The notes beneath the pieces were generated by a model. The model saw only the letters and a list, made by a program, of their open reading frames with translations, searched no databases and was not told the origin of the DNA. The position numbers were made by a program, and so were the translations under genes. From IMG/VR virus record IMGVR_UViG_3300032294_002030, positions 1 through 58,046 of that record: a stretch of 58,046 nt of DNA. The stretch is one strand, 5' to 3'. How positions within the stretch are numbered: position 1 is the stretch's first letter; every line of letters starts with the position of its first letter. Source of the DNA: a virus. Lineage: Duplodnaviria > Caudoviricetes. Positions 37,539 to 46,452 of the stretch are shown in pieces.

Positions 37539-38477
37539 ATGGTTACACCTCGTAGTGCGCCTATGCGACCACGTGCCGAAAAACCGGCAGACGTTGGCAT
37601 AATCGTAGGCAGATTTCAAGTGCATGAGTTGCACGAAGCACACCGTGATCTTATTGACACGGTTGTCGCAAATCACGATAGAGTGATTATTTTTATCGGT
37701 CTTTCGCCTCTGCGAAACACCGCACACAATCCACTCGACTTCAATTCACGAAAGAAAATGATTCAGGATACTTACCCTGACATTGAAGTCTACTACATCG
37801 ACGATAACCCAAGCGATGTGATATGGTCAAAAGTATTAGACCGCGAGATTTCCAAGTGGATTACTCCCAACCAAACTGCAATAATCTACGGTAGTAGGGA
37901 TAGTTTTATTCAATACTACAGTGGCTCATTTCCGGTACAAGAACTTGAAGCTACTAAGTTTATCTCAGGCACGGAACTCCGTAGACGAATCGCAAACACC
38001 TACAAAACGTCTGATGCATTTCGTGCTGGTGTTATTTCAGCGAGCATGAATCGATACCCTACTTGCTATACCACGGTAGACGTTGCGATTATTGACCCCG
38101 CAAAAAATAGAATTTTGATGGGCAGAAAAGAAAACGAACCACATCTTCGGTTCATCGGCGGGTTTGCATCACCGACTAGCACTTCGTTTGAAGAAGACGC
38201 TCGCCGCGAGGTCATGGAAGAAACCGGCGTTGAGGTGGATGGGTTGGAGTATATTGGCAGTACGTTTATCAACGACTGGCGCTACAGAAACGAAATCGAC
38301 AAAATCAAGACAATTTTTTATCTTGGTACCTACGTACACGGGCGCCCGCAAGCGAACGATGATATCCAGTCAGTTGAATGGGTAGATATGCTGGATCTCA
38401 AGGCTGGTGTTGTGGAGGTTATGCCTGAACACCACGTTCTTGTAAATATGTTAATCAATTATTACTACGCACAATAA
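37539..38477 (+). CDS. nadM: Bifunctional NMN adenylyltransferase / NUDIX (ADP-ribose) hydrolase
   Basis: GRFQ..LHEAH, NPL, ISGTELR; Nudix box GG...EEDARREVMEETG; GGAG RBS favours ATG 37539. Confidence 0.9.
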   Translation: MVTPRSAPMRPRAEKPADVGIIVGRFQVHELHEAHRDLIDTVVANHDRVIIFIGLSPLRNTAHNPLDFNSRKKMIQDTYPDIEVYYIDDNPSDVIWSKVLDREISKWITPNQTAIIYGSRDSFIQYYSGSFPVQELEATKFISGTELRRRIANTYKTSDAFRAGVISASMNRYPTCYTTVDVAIIDPAKNRILMGRKENEPHLRFIGGFASPTSTSFEEDARREVMEETGVEVDGLEYIGSTFINDWRYRNEIDKIKTIFYLGTYVHGRPQANDDIQSVEWVDMLDLKAGVVEVMPEHHVLVNMLINYYYAQ

Positions 38478-38533
38478 TCCTAGATATAAGATCATACTAT
38501 TTATAGTAAGACTACCCCAAAAAGAGATTATAT

Positions 38534-39361
38534 ATGACTAGTGTGGTTGGATTACAAATAGGAGATTTGGTTGTATTACAAGAAGGACACAAGATATCAA
38601 AAGAAGGGTGGAAAATATCTACCGTTGAAGTCAAATGTGAATGTGGTAACGTTAGATGGATTAGAAAGACCGAGTTAACAAATGGAAGATACTTAAATTG
38701 TAAACAAGGGGCACATGGCAAAAATGTTGTAGATTTAAGGAATAAGTCATTTGGAGAATGGAAAGTTATTTCATATGATGGTGATGGTAAATGGAAGTGT
38801 CAGTGTTCTTGTGGAACATTAAAATCTCTGAAGTCTGCGGAATTAACGAATAGTAAAAGTAAGTCTTGTGGATGTAAGCGATTTGAGTATATGGCAAAGA
38901 CAAACACTTTACCAAACAATAAAAGTCAAAAAAATAAAATATTAAATACGTACAAAAAACACGCACAAAGTAGAAATTTAGAGTTTAAACTAACCGCCAA
39001 AGAATTTGAACAATTGATTATTGAAGATTGTTATTATTGCGGCATACAACCATCCAACATAAAAAATCCCGATTCTGTCAATAAATACGGGAACATCTCT
39101 CCGTTTAGATATAATGGTATAGATAGAGTAGACAGTTCCGTTGGATACACAATAGAAAATTGTGTTTCGTGTTGCAAACTCTGTAATCGTTCAAAGGGCG
39201 AACTGCCATTGAATGAGTGGAAAGAGTGGATAGGCAGAATCTTCAAACATTTAGAGGAGATACAAGATGAAACCCAACTTAATTTTAATGACCGACAGTT
39301 ACAAGCAAAGCCATCACAGTCAATACCCACCCAACACAACGCACATTTACAGCTATCTTGA
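38534..39361 (+). CDS. Free-standing HNH-type homing endonuclease
   Basis: CECG/CSCG repeats, SCGC, CYYCG, GIDRVDSSVGY...NCVSCCKLCNRSK. Confidence 0.85.
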   Translation: MTSVVGLQIGDLVVLQEGHKISKEGWKISTVEVKCECGNVRWIRKTELTNGRYLNCKQGAHGKNVVDLRNKSFGEWKVISYDGDGKWKCQCSCGTLKSLKSAELTNSKSKSCGCKRFEYMAKTNTLPNNKSQKNKILNTYKKHAQSRNLEFKLTAKEFEQLIIEDCYYCGIQPSNIKNPDSVNKYGNISPFRYNGIDRVDSSVGYTIENCVSCCKLCNRSKGELPLNEWKEWIGRIFKHLEEIQDETQLNFNDRQLQAKPSQSIPTQHNAHLQLS

Positions 39362-40631
39362 AAGCAGAGGTGGGCTGTTTCCAGAAACGGTTTTCTTTGG
39401 TTTGAATTATTTACTCAAGGAATATTTGAGTTGTCCTATTACAAAAGAAGATGTTGATTATGCGGAAAGTAGAGTAGCTAAACACATGGGTGAAGGAATT
39501 TTTAATAGGAAAGGATGGGAGTACATTTTAGAGAAGCATGCTGGCTATTTGCCGATCAAAATCCGCGCTGTACCGGAGGGGCTAGTAGTCCCAACAAGAA
39601 ACGTGTTACTTACTTTGGAGAACACCGATCCCGAAGCTCCTTGGGTTGTTTCTCACTTAGAAACCTTAATTTTGAAGGTATGGTATCCAATCACGGTTGC
39701 AACTCTTAGCCGTGAAATTAAAAAGGTTATTAAAAAGTATCTTGAAGAAACGGGGGACGTTTCTGGTCTAGATTTTAAGCTTCATGACTTTGGTTACCGT
39801 GGGGTTTCTTCCGAAGAAAGCGCGGCAATCGGTGGACTCGCGCATCTTGTTAACTTCAAGGGCACTGACACCATGATTGCGCTTGAAGCAGCGGAAGCCT
39901 ACTACAAAGAAGACATGGCTGGCTTTAGTATTCCAGCGGCGGAACACAGCACGATTACCGCGTGGGGAGAAGCATTTGAGTACGAGGCGTACCAGAACAT
40001 GATCCGCCAATTTGGCGACGGTGCTCTTTATGCAGTCGTATCAGACTCCTACAACATCTACAACGCCTGTGAAAACATCTGGGGCGAGGAACTCCGCGCT
40101 CAGGTAATGAACGCAAAGGGTACGCTGGTCATTCGCCCGGACTCCGGGGTTCCCCATGAAGTTGTTCGGCAAATCACAGAAATTCTTGGAAAGAAGTTTG
40201 GATATACTGTAAACGAAAAGGGTTACAAGGTGTTGAACAAAGTACGAATCATTCAGGGAGATGGTATTACCCTTGAAGAAATCAATCGTATTCTCGAAGC
40301 ACTAAAGATTCGCGGGTGGTCCGCTGATAACGTAGCCTTTGGTATGGGCGGGGCTCTTCTACAGCAGTGCAACCGCGATACGCAACGATTTGCTATCAAG
40401 GCGTCTAGTATGGTTAGAAACGGTCGCGTGGTAGATGTGTATAAGGCTCCCGTTACGGACAACGGAAAGCGGTCTAAGCGAGGGCGTCTCAAGCTGGTAT
40501 CCACGGACGGTGTGCTAGAAACTATTGCCGAGAGTGATATCGGTCACGACATTCTACAAGAAGTTTGGGTAAACGGCAAACTCAAATACGATCCTTCTCT
40601 AGATACCGTTAGACAACTAGCGTCGGTATAG
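39267..40631 (+). CDS. nadV: Nicotinamide phosphoribosyltransferase (NAMPT)
   Basis: TDSYKQSH, HDFGYRG, PAAEHS, VSDSY, IRPDSG, IQGDG, FGMGG. Confidence 0.95.
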   Translation: MKPNLILMTDSYKQSHHSQYPPNTTHIYSYLESRGGLFPETVFFGLNYLLKEYLSCPITKEDVDYAESRVAKHMGEGIFNRKGWEYILEKHAGYLPIKIRAVPEGLVVPTRNVLLTLENTDPEAPWVVSHLETLILKVWYPITVATLSREIKKVIKKYLEETGDVSGLDFKLHDFGYRGVSSEESAAIGGLAHLVNFKGTDTMIALEAAEAYYKEDMAGFSIPAAEHSTITAWGEAFEYEAYQNMIRQFGDGALYAVVSDSYNIYNACENIWGEELRAQVMNAKGTLVIRPDSGVPHEVVRQITEILGKKFGYTVNEKGYKVLNKVRIIQGDGITLEEINRILEALKIRGWSADNVAFGMGGALLQQCNRDTQRFAIKASSMVRNGRVVDVYKAPVTDNGKRSKRGRLKLVSTDGVLETIAESDIGHDILQEVWVNGKLKYDPSLDTVRQLASV

Positions 40632-40637
40632 CTAACG

Positions 40638-40676
40638 AACGGCGGGGGTTGACTTTTAACCCCCGCCGTTTATATT
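40638..40676 (+). terminator. GC-rich hairpin terminator overlapping a TTGACT-N16-TATATT promoter
   Basis: 13-bp perfect stem 40638-40650/40658-40670 followed by T-rich tract. Confidence 0.75.
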
Positions 40677-40729
40677 TCACATCATAGGGAATGATACCCT
40701 ATCAACTAAAACATTATTAAGGAGAAGGT

Positions 40730-41554
40730 ATGAACAAGCTAAAGGTTATGGCTGCATTTGCTATGCTACTGTTTACGACCGCGTGTTTTGAGAAGGTTGA
40801 TGCCACGGAACATTGTGTTGAAACGCGATATGGTAAGGTAGTAAATCCCAAGGCCGGCGACGGACTAGTTTCCACGATGACAACTACGCTTACGTGTTTC
40901 CCGACCACACAACAACAGTTTCCGGGTGGTAGCGTAACTGGTGAAGATGCTTCCGCTGAAAAGGTGGAATTCCTTACTCGTGATTCAATTATGATGGCGG
41001 CAGACATTGCTATTCTGTGGAAGTATAGCAACCCAAACGATGCATTTAATACTCGTCGGTCACACGCCGCCGTTCTATCGGAACTGGCAAACGCAGTACG
41101 AGCGGGTGCCCGAGATGCCGGGGCTACGATTGGACTAACCGATCTAATGGGCGCAAAGCGAGCGGAGTTGGACGAAACGTTCCGTCTAGCAATTAACGCT
41201 CAAATGAGCGACTACGCTCAGATCGAAAAGGTTTATATTCGAGGGATTGCTATCCCCAACAACATTCAGGCTCTCTGGACGCAGACGCTTGCACAGCAAG
41301 CTGAACAAACCAAGGCTCGCGCAGCGTTCATTACAGATTCACTAAACGCTCGTCGTACCGTTATCAAGGCAGAAGCGGAAGCTCGCAAGGTTGAGCTAGA
41401 GACTCGCGCACTGGCTACGTCCCCCGCAGTACTTCAGCTTCGCACCGCAGAAGCTATGGCCAAAGGACTATCTCAAGTGTGCAGCAAGGCACAGACTTGT
41501 ATCATCGGCGGCAGTGTAATGGATACGTGGAAGAGCGGCATGGTTCCCCGTTAA
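40730..41554 (+). CDS. SPFH/band-7 family lipoprotein
   Basis: Signal peptide ending TTAC, V.TRYGKV, KAEAEARK coiled coil. Confidence 0.8.
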   Translation: MNKLKVMAAFAMLLFTTACFEKVDATEHCVETRYGKVVNPKAGDGLVSTMTTTLTCFPTTQQQFPGGSVTGEDASAEKVEFLTRDSIMMAADIAILWKYSNPNDAFNTRRSHAAVLSELANAVRAGARDAGATIGLTDLMGAKRAELDETFRLAINAQMSDYAQIEKVYIRGIAIPNNIQALWTQTLAQQAEQTKARAAFITDSLNARRTVIKAEAEARKVELETRALATSPAVLQLRTAEAMAKGLSQVCSKAQTCIIGGSVMDTWKSGMVPR

Positions 41555-41563
41555 TTAACTAAT

Positions 41564-41587
41564 CCGGGGGCGGGCAGCCGCCCCCGG
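41564..41587 (+). terminator. GC-rich hairpin after SPFH gene (no U-tract)
   Basis: CCGGGGGCGG-gcag-CCGCCCCCGG. Confidence 0.55.
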
Positions 41588-41608
41588 CTCATCTAAGAGG
41601 TTATAAAT

Positions 41609-41806
41609 ATGATTCCTACTTTTTTTGTTATCGTTGCGGTTGCGGTAGTTTTGGTTGGCGGTATTGTGTATTTCGCGCTAGATAACCGCGATCTTCGGTT
41701 GGTAAATAATAAGCTTCGAGCGGAAAATGAGAAGCTAGTGGAAAATCACGAAGCGTTGCTCAATGAGGTTAGAATTCGTGCCGAAGTACATAAGCGTTCT
41801 CTGTGA
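41609..41806 (+). CDS. Single-TM coiled-coil membrane protein
   Basis: N-terminal hydrophobic stretch then coiled coil; AAGAGG RBS. Confidence 0.65.
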   Translation: MIPTFFVIVAVAVVLVGGIVYFALDNRDLRLVNNKLRAENEKLVENHEALLNEVRIRAEVHKRSL

Positions 41807-41831
41807 CTATTGAAACTAAATCAGTACTATC

Positions 41832-42365
41832 ATGGTACTTATTAGTTTGTTATTTCAACTGAGCGCTCCTACGGTAATAAATGATTTATTGCCGGGGGAG
41901 CGTTCTTTACGAAATACTTCCGTAAATTATATCGTCTTGCATTACGACGATGGCAAATCGTATTCAGGAACGAGAAAGTTTTTATTGCGAAAGGGTAACA
42001 GTTACCATTATTATGTAAAGAGAGATGGTACGGTGGTTAAGTTAGTAGATACCAAATATCAAGCAGGACATGCGGGGATATCTTATTATAAAGGATATGT
42101 ACGGATGAATAGGTACAGCATAGGAATATCTTTACAAAATGATCCTCCACAAAAATACACCGATGCTCAATATAAAAGCACGGCATGGTTGATAACTCAA
42201 CTTCAAAGAAAATATAAAGATTCTACGTCTAAAGTTATTTTAGGACATTCGGAGATAGCTGTTCCCCGGGGCAGAAAAAAAGATCCGGGTTCGCATTTTA
42301 ATTGGACGTATCTACGTAAATTGATAGTCCAACAAAATGCTCACAAAAAAATTATCAAAAAGTGA
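41832..42365 (+). CDS. N-acetylmuramoyl-L-alanine amidase (Amidase_2, endolysin candidate)
   Basis: IVLHY, SYHY, HAG, SIGI, GHSEI, KDPG. Confidence 0.9.
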   Translation: MVLISLLFQLSAPTVINDLLPGERSLRNTSVNYIVLHYDDGKSYSGTRKFLLRKGNSYHYYVKRDGTVVKLVDTKYQAGHAGISYYKGYVRMNRYSIGISLQNDPPQKYTDAQYKSTAWLITQLQRKYKDSTSKVILGHSEIAVPRGRKKDPGSHFNWTYLRKLIVQQNAHKKIIKK

Positions 42366-42424
42366 ATGTTTTTCGTAAGAGCGTAATATATATCTATAGA
42401 CATTCTATAGACGGGTAGATCTAT

Positions 42425-42673
42425 ATGACACACAAAAAACATTCGTATACAACTATACAGGTTAACAAAGACATTAATAAACACATAAAAGAATTTTGTA
42501 AAAAATACAAAGTAAGCGCGGCATCTATCACAGAACTTATGTGGGTTAGTTATATGTCTTCTAGTACTTATATTAAAGAAATAATGTCACTGTCACCTGA
42601 CGCAAAGGAGACAATACTATCTAGTAGTTATAAAATAGCATTGACTACCATGTCCGGAAGCGCATTTATTTAA
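42425..42673 (+). CDS. Small putative DNA-binding protein (ribbon-helix-helix-like)
   Basis: YTTIQVNKDINKHIKEFCKK strand-helix pattern. Confidence 0.5.
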   Translation: MTHKKHSYTTIQVNKDINKHIKEFCKKYKVSAASITELMWVSYMSSSTYIKEIMSLSPDAKETILSSSYKIALTTMSGSAFI

Positions 42674-42684
42674 CGGAGTTACAC

Positions 42685-42987
42685 ATGTCTACAATATTAA
42701 AAGGCGACATCTTAAATGTCGGCCAGTTGGAAAATGAAATATTCAATGCCATAAATTATTTTGGGTGTGCTAATGGGTATACTGCGTCGGAAGACCCATG
42801 CGAGGCTCAGCGTCAATTTGCAAGTAGATTAGCAAACGCAATCTCAGAAGCAGTTGCTAAGGGAGTACAAAACTATCTCTCAAACACAGTTAAAACCGTA
42901 AACGTTCCTACTCTTCCGAATACAGATGGAACAATTCCGGCCCACATACATCCAAATGAACCAACATTTGATCTAATAGCACCATAA
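42685..42987 (+). CDS. Hypothetical protein
   Basis: GGAG RBS; C-terminal HIHP. Confidence 0.6.
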   Translation: MSTILKGDILNVGQLENEIFNAINYFGCANGYTASEDPCEAQRQFASRLANAISEAVAKGVQNYLSNTVKTVNVPTLPNTDGTIPAHIHPNEPTFDLIAP

Positions 42988-43005
42988 TTAAGAGGAATTA
43001 TCTAC

Positions 43006-44415
43006 ATGAAAAAATGGTTACCAAAAAACGAAAGAAAAAAGATTTTATTTTTGTCCGATGACATGAGAGTACACTCTGGGATCGGAGTAATGTCACGAGA
43101 AATTATAGAACAAACGGCGGGTATATTTAATTGGGTACAAATGGGTGCCGCCGTCAATCATCCCGAAGCAGGGAAGATCGCAGACATAAGCGAAGAGCTA
43201 GGTAAGCACATTGGCGTCGAGGATCCGTACGTAAGAATTTACCCTCAAAACGGATACGGGAATAGCATGATTGTTCGTCAAATCATTGAAATGGAAAAGC
43301 CAGATGCTATTTTGCACTTCACTGATCCTAGATATTGGATTTGGTTATATCAAATGGAGCATGAAATTCGACAAAAGATGCCCATGATGTTTTATACAAT
43401 ATGGGACGATTTACCGTATCCACTTTACAATAGAAACTTCTATCGTTCAGATGATGGTCTCTTTTGTATTAGTAAACAAACATACAACATAGTTAAGCAA
43501 GTACTAGGCCCAGAAGAAGCGTCGAAAAAGCTTATTACATATCTGCCGCATGGTATCGATCACGTAAAGAAATACTATCCAATCACCGATTCGAATAAAG
43601 ATGATCTGGAGATTCTTTCCACGATAAAGAAAGAAATGCTTCGCAATGAACCAGTAGAGTTTATTGTTCTGTATGTAGCAAGAAATCTTCGCCGTAAAAT
43701 GACATCTGATGTTCTTCTTGCATATAACCACTTCTTGAGTAAGCTACCAAAAGAAAAAGCTGACCGGTGCAGAATCGTATTACACACTGCGCCTGTAGAT
43801 GAGAATGGTACCGACCTTCCCGCCGTTATCCGTGATGTAACTCCTAATATAAAAGCTATTTTTAGTAATACTGCGGTTGAGGCGAAAATATTAAATGCGT
43901 TGTACAATCTTGCCGACGTAACAATTAACCTAGCATCTAATGAAGGATTTGGTCTAGGTACGTGCGAAAGTATGTTGGCGGGCACTCCTATTCTTGTTAA
44001 TGTAACTGGTGGGCTACAAGATCAATGTGGGTTTATGACGGATGAAGGAGAATACTTAGATCCGGATAAGCATTTCTCATTTGAGTGGGGCAGCAATCAC
44101 GATGGGCGTTATCGTAAGCACGGCGAGTGGGCGTTTCCCGTATTTCCAACCTCTCGTTCATTGCAAGGTTCTCCTCTTACTCCCTATATCTTTGATGATC
44201 GGTGTAGCTGGGAAGAAGCCGGGGATCGGTTGTTCGAATTATACAACATGACCCGCGAAGAGCGTAAGCGTAGAGGAATGTTAGGTCGAGAATATGCATT
44301 AAATGAAGGAATGTTTACCGCTGAAAAAATGGGAGAACTTTTCGTTGAGCACATCAACAAAACAATTGAAACGTGGACTCCCCGTGAACGTTATAGCTTA
44401 ACTAAAATTGATTAA
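43006..44415 (+). CDS. GT-B glycosyltransferase (GT4-like)
   Basis: PHGID, RNLRRK, NEGFGL..ESMLAGTP. Confidence 0.9.
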   Translation: MKKWLPKNERKKILFLSDDMRVHSGIGVMSREIIEQTAGIFNWVQMGAAVNHPEAGKIADISEELGKHIGVEDPYVRIYPQNGYGNSMIVRQIIEMEKPDAILHFTDPRYWIWLYQMEHEIRQKMPMMFYTIWDDLPYPLYNRNFYRSDDGLFCISKQTYNIVKQVLGPEEASKKLITYLPHGIDHVKKYYPITDSNKDDLEILSTIKKEMLRNEPVEFIVLYVARNLRRKMTSDVLLAYNHFLSKLPKEKADRCRIVLHTAPVDENGTDLPAVIRDVTPNIKAIFSNTAVEAKILNALYNLADVTINLASNEGFGLGTCESMLAGTPILVNVTGGLQDQCGFMTDEGEYLDPDKHFSFEWGSNHDGRYRKHGEWAFPVFPTSRSLQGSPLTPYIFDDRCSWEEAGDRLFELYNMTREERKRRGMLGREYALNEGMFTAEKMGELFVEHINKTIETWTPRERYSLTKID

Positions 44416-44427
44416 CCGAGGTTATTG

Positions 44428-45753
44428 ATGAATATGGAAATGAAACCGTTATGTGTAATTCGCGCCCCAATTGCTACGCGCTCGGGGTATGGAGAAATGA
44501 GCAGAGATATCGCACGGCATATTATTGAGTATGACAAGTACGATGTAAAAATCCACAGTGTAAATTGGGGCGATACTCCCATGAACGCACTGGATGAAAA
44601 TAATCCAAAAGACAAGATGCTTCACGAAAGAATTCTCCGTGAGAATTTGAATCGTAGGCCAGAGCTATTTGTATCAATTACGGTACCAAACGAATTTGAA
44701 CCAATCGGTAAATATAATATTGGAATTACGGCTGGTATAGAAACCACAATCGCAGCAGCGCCGTGGGTTGAGGGTTGCAATAGAATGGACGCGGTATTTA
44801 CCATTTCCGAACATTCTAAGCGAGTATTCGAACAAAGTAAGTTTGGATATCAAACTCCACAAGGACAGCAGGGATTACTGGAATTAATCAAGCCAATCGA
44901 AGTGCTGCACAACTGCGTTGATACCACGCTATTCGGTAAAAAGGCACCAGTTGATTCTAGCATGACAGCTATGCTAGACAACATCCCAGAACAATTTGCG
45001 TTCTTATTTGTTGGTCATTGGCTACGCGGAGACTATGGAGAAGACCGCAAGAATGTGGCGTTTTTGATTAAAATGTTCTATGAAACATTTAAGCAAATCT
45101 CGGATAAACCTAAACCTGCTCTTATATTGAAAACAAGCAGTGCTGGATTTTCTATCCTAGACAGAGAAGAAATTCTAGCTAAGATTCAACAAATTAAGGC
45201 ATCAGTTCAATTAACTGGCACTCAGACTCTACCACGTGTTTATTTGTTACATGGCGACCTAACTGAGACGGAAATGAATACGCTATACACTCATCAAAAG
45301 GTAAAGGCGCACGTTTCGTTTACCAAAGGAGAAGGGTTTGGTCGTCCGTTGCTAGAAGCGTCAGTAAGCGGTAAACCTGTCATTGCTTCTGGGTGGAGTG
45401 GGCATCTTGACTTTCTTGATAAACACGGAGCGGTGCTAGTCGGTGGAGAATTAAAAAATGTGCATCCTAGTGCTGCGTGGGAAAACGTAATTCTACAGGA
45501 GTCCCAGTGGTTTGCGCCGGATCCTCAATTGTGCGTAAATGCGCTCGCGGCTGTATTTTTGGATTACAATACATACAAAAACAATGCGTATGGGTTAGCG
45601 GACGCGAATCGTAAAAAGTTTTCGTATCAAGCAATTCAAAAGCGCACGTGGGAATTATTAGACAAATACGTTCCAGAATTCCCGAAGGAAGTTCCGCTAG
45701 TATTACCGAAGCTCAAGAAATTAGAACTTCCATCACTGAAAAAGGCTGAATAA
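44428..45753 (+). CDS. GT-B glycosyltransferase (GT4-like)
   Basis: RSGYG, RKN, GEGFGRPLLEA..GKPVIASGWSGH. Confidence 0.9.
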   Translation: MNMEMKPLCVIRAPIATRSGYGEMSRDIARHIIEYDKYDVKIHSVNWGDTPMNALDENNPKDKMLHERILRENLNRRPELFVSITVPNEFEPIGKYNIGITAGIETTIAAAPWVEGCNRMDAVFTISEHSKRVFEQSKFGYQTPQGQQGLLELIKPIEVLHNCVDTTLFGKKAPVDSSMTAMLDNIPEQFAFLFVGHWLRGDYGEDRKNVAFLIKMFYETFKQISDKPKPALILKTSSAGFSILDREEILAKIQQIKASVQLTGTQTLPRVYLLHGDLTETEMNTLYTHQKVKAHVSFTKGEGFGRPLLEASVSGKPVIASGWSGHLDFLDKHGAVLVGGELKNVHPSAAWENVILQESQWFAPDPQLCVNALAAVFLDYNTYKNNAYGLADANRKKFSYQAIQKRTWELLDKYVPEFPKEVPLVLPKLKKLELPSLKKAE

Positions 45754-45755
45754 CA

Positions 45756-46160
45756 ATGTCACTTAGAAGTGAACGGCGATTTATATCATATGCGGACGTT
45801 AAGTCTGGTATGATGGTCGAGTTTTCATACACAAAAGACTCGGGTGAAATGTCTTCGTACAAAGCAATTGTAATAGATCCTGATAAGACCGGTGAAGTAC
45901 AAGGTAGATCTGAGCATTACATGCATGCTATTTTAATCGACGAGCTTACCGATTTTGAAATAGTTAGTTTAGCGACGGAGTTGGGGGAAGAGTTTAATTT
46001 TGATCCAGATCGTAGAAAGGCCCCTATTACCTATCTGCAAACCGACGAGGCGTATAATAGATACAGATCATCTAATTTGAAACCAAAAAGAATTTATAGA
46101 ACTTTTGTAAAGGATAGAATTCGGTCTATACGACAAATTTTAATAGGAGCTATTGAATGA
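45756..46160 (+). CDS. Hypothetical protein
   Basis: Co-oriented, tightly packed ORF. Confidence 0.6.
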   Translation: MSLRSERRFISYADVKSGMMVEFSYTKDSGEMSSYKAIVIDPDKTGEVQGRSEHYMHAILIDELTDFEIVSLATELGEEFNFDPDRRKAPITYLQTDEAYNRYRSSNLKPKRIYRTFVKDRIRSIRQILIGAIE

Positions 46161-46450
46161 CTGACAATCCATTTGGAGTGTGTCTAAAAGATGAATGTGA
46201 AGAAGATCCCGCGCTTCCGTCCACGGTAGACATGGCTAAAAATTTAATAGAAAGTGGAAAACAAATACTACAAGGTATTGTTTCCGGAGAAGGGGTAATG
46301 GTAGATGACGCAGTTAAATTAGCTAGGTTAGATACGTGCCACGCTTGCGAGTTTTTTATTCACGATAGCCAACGCTGTTCTAAGTGCGGGTGCTTCATGA
46401 AAACTAAAGCCGCATTTAATAAGGTAACATGTCCTATAGGAAAATGGTAA
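46157..46450 (+). CDS. Small Cys-rich protein
   Basis: R..TCHAC...RCSKCGCFM..K...CPIGKW. Confidence 0.7.
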   Translation: MTDNPFGVCLKDECEEDPALPSTVDMAKNLIESGKQILQGIVSGEGVMVDDAVKLARLDTCHACEFFIHDSQRCSKCGCFMKTKAAFNKVTCPIGKW

Positions 46451-46452
46451 CC

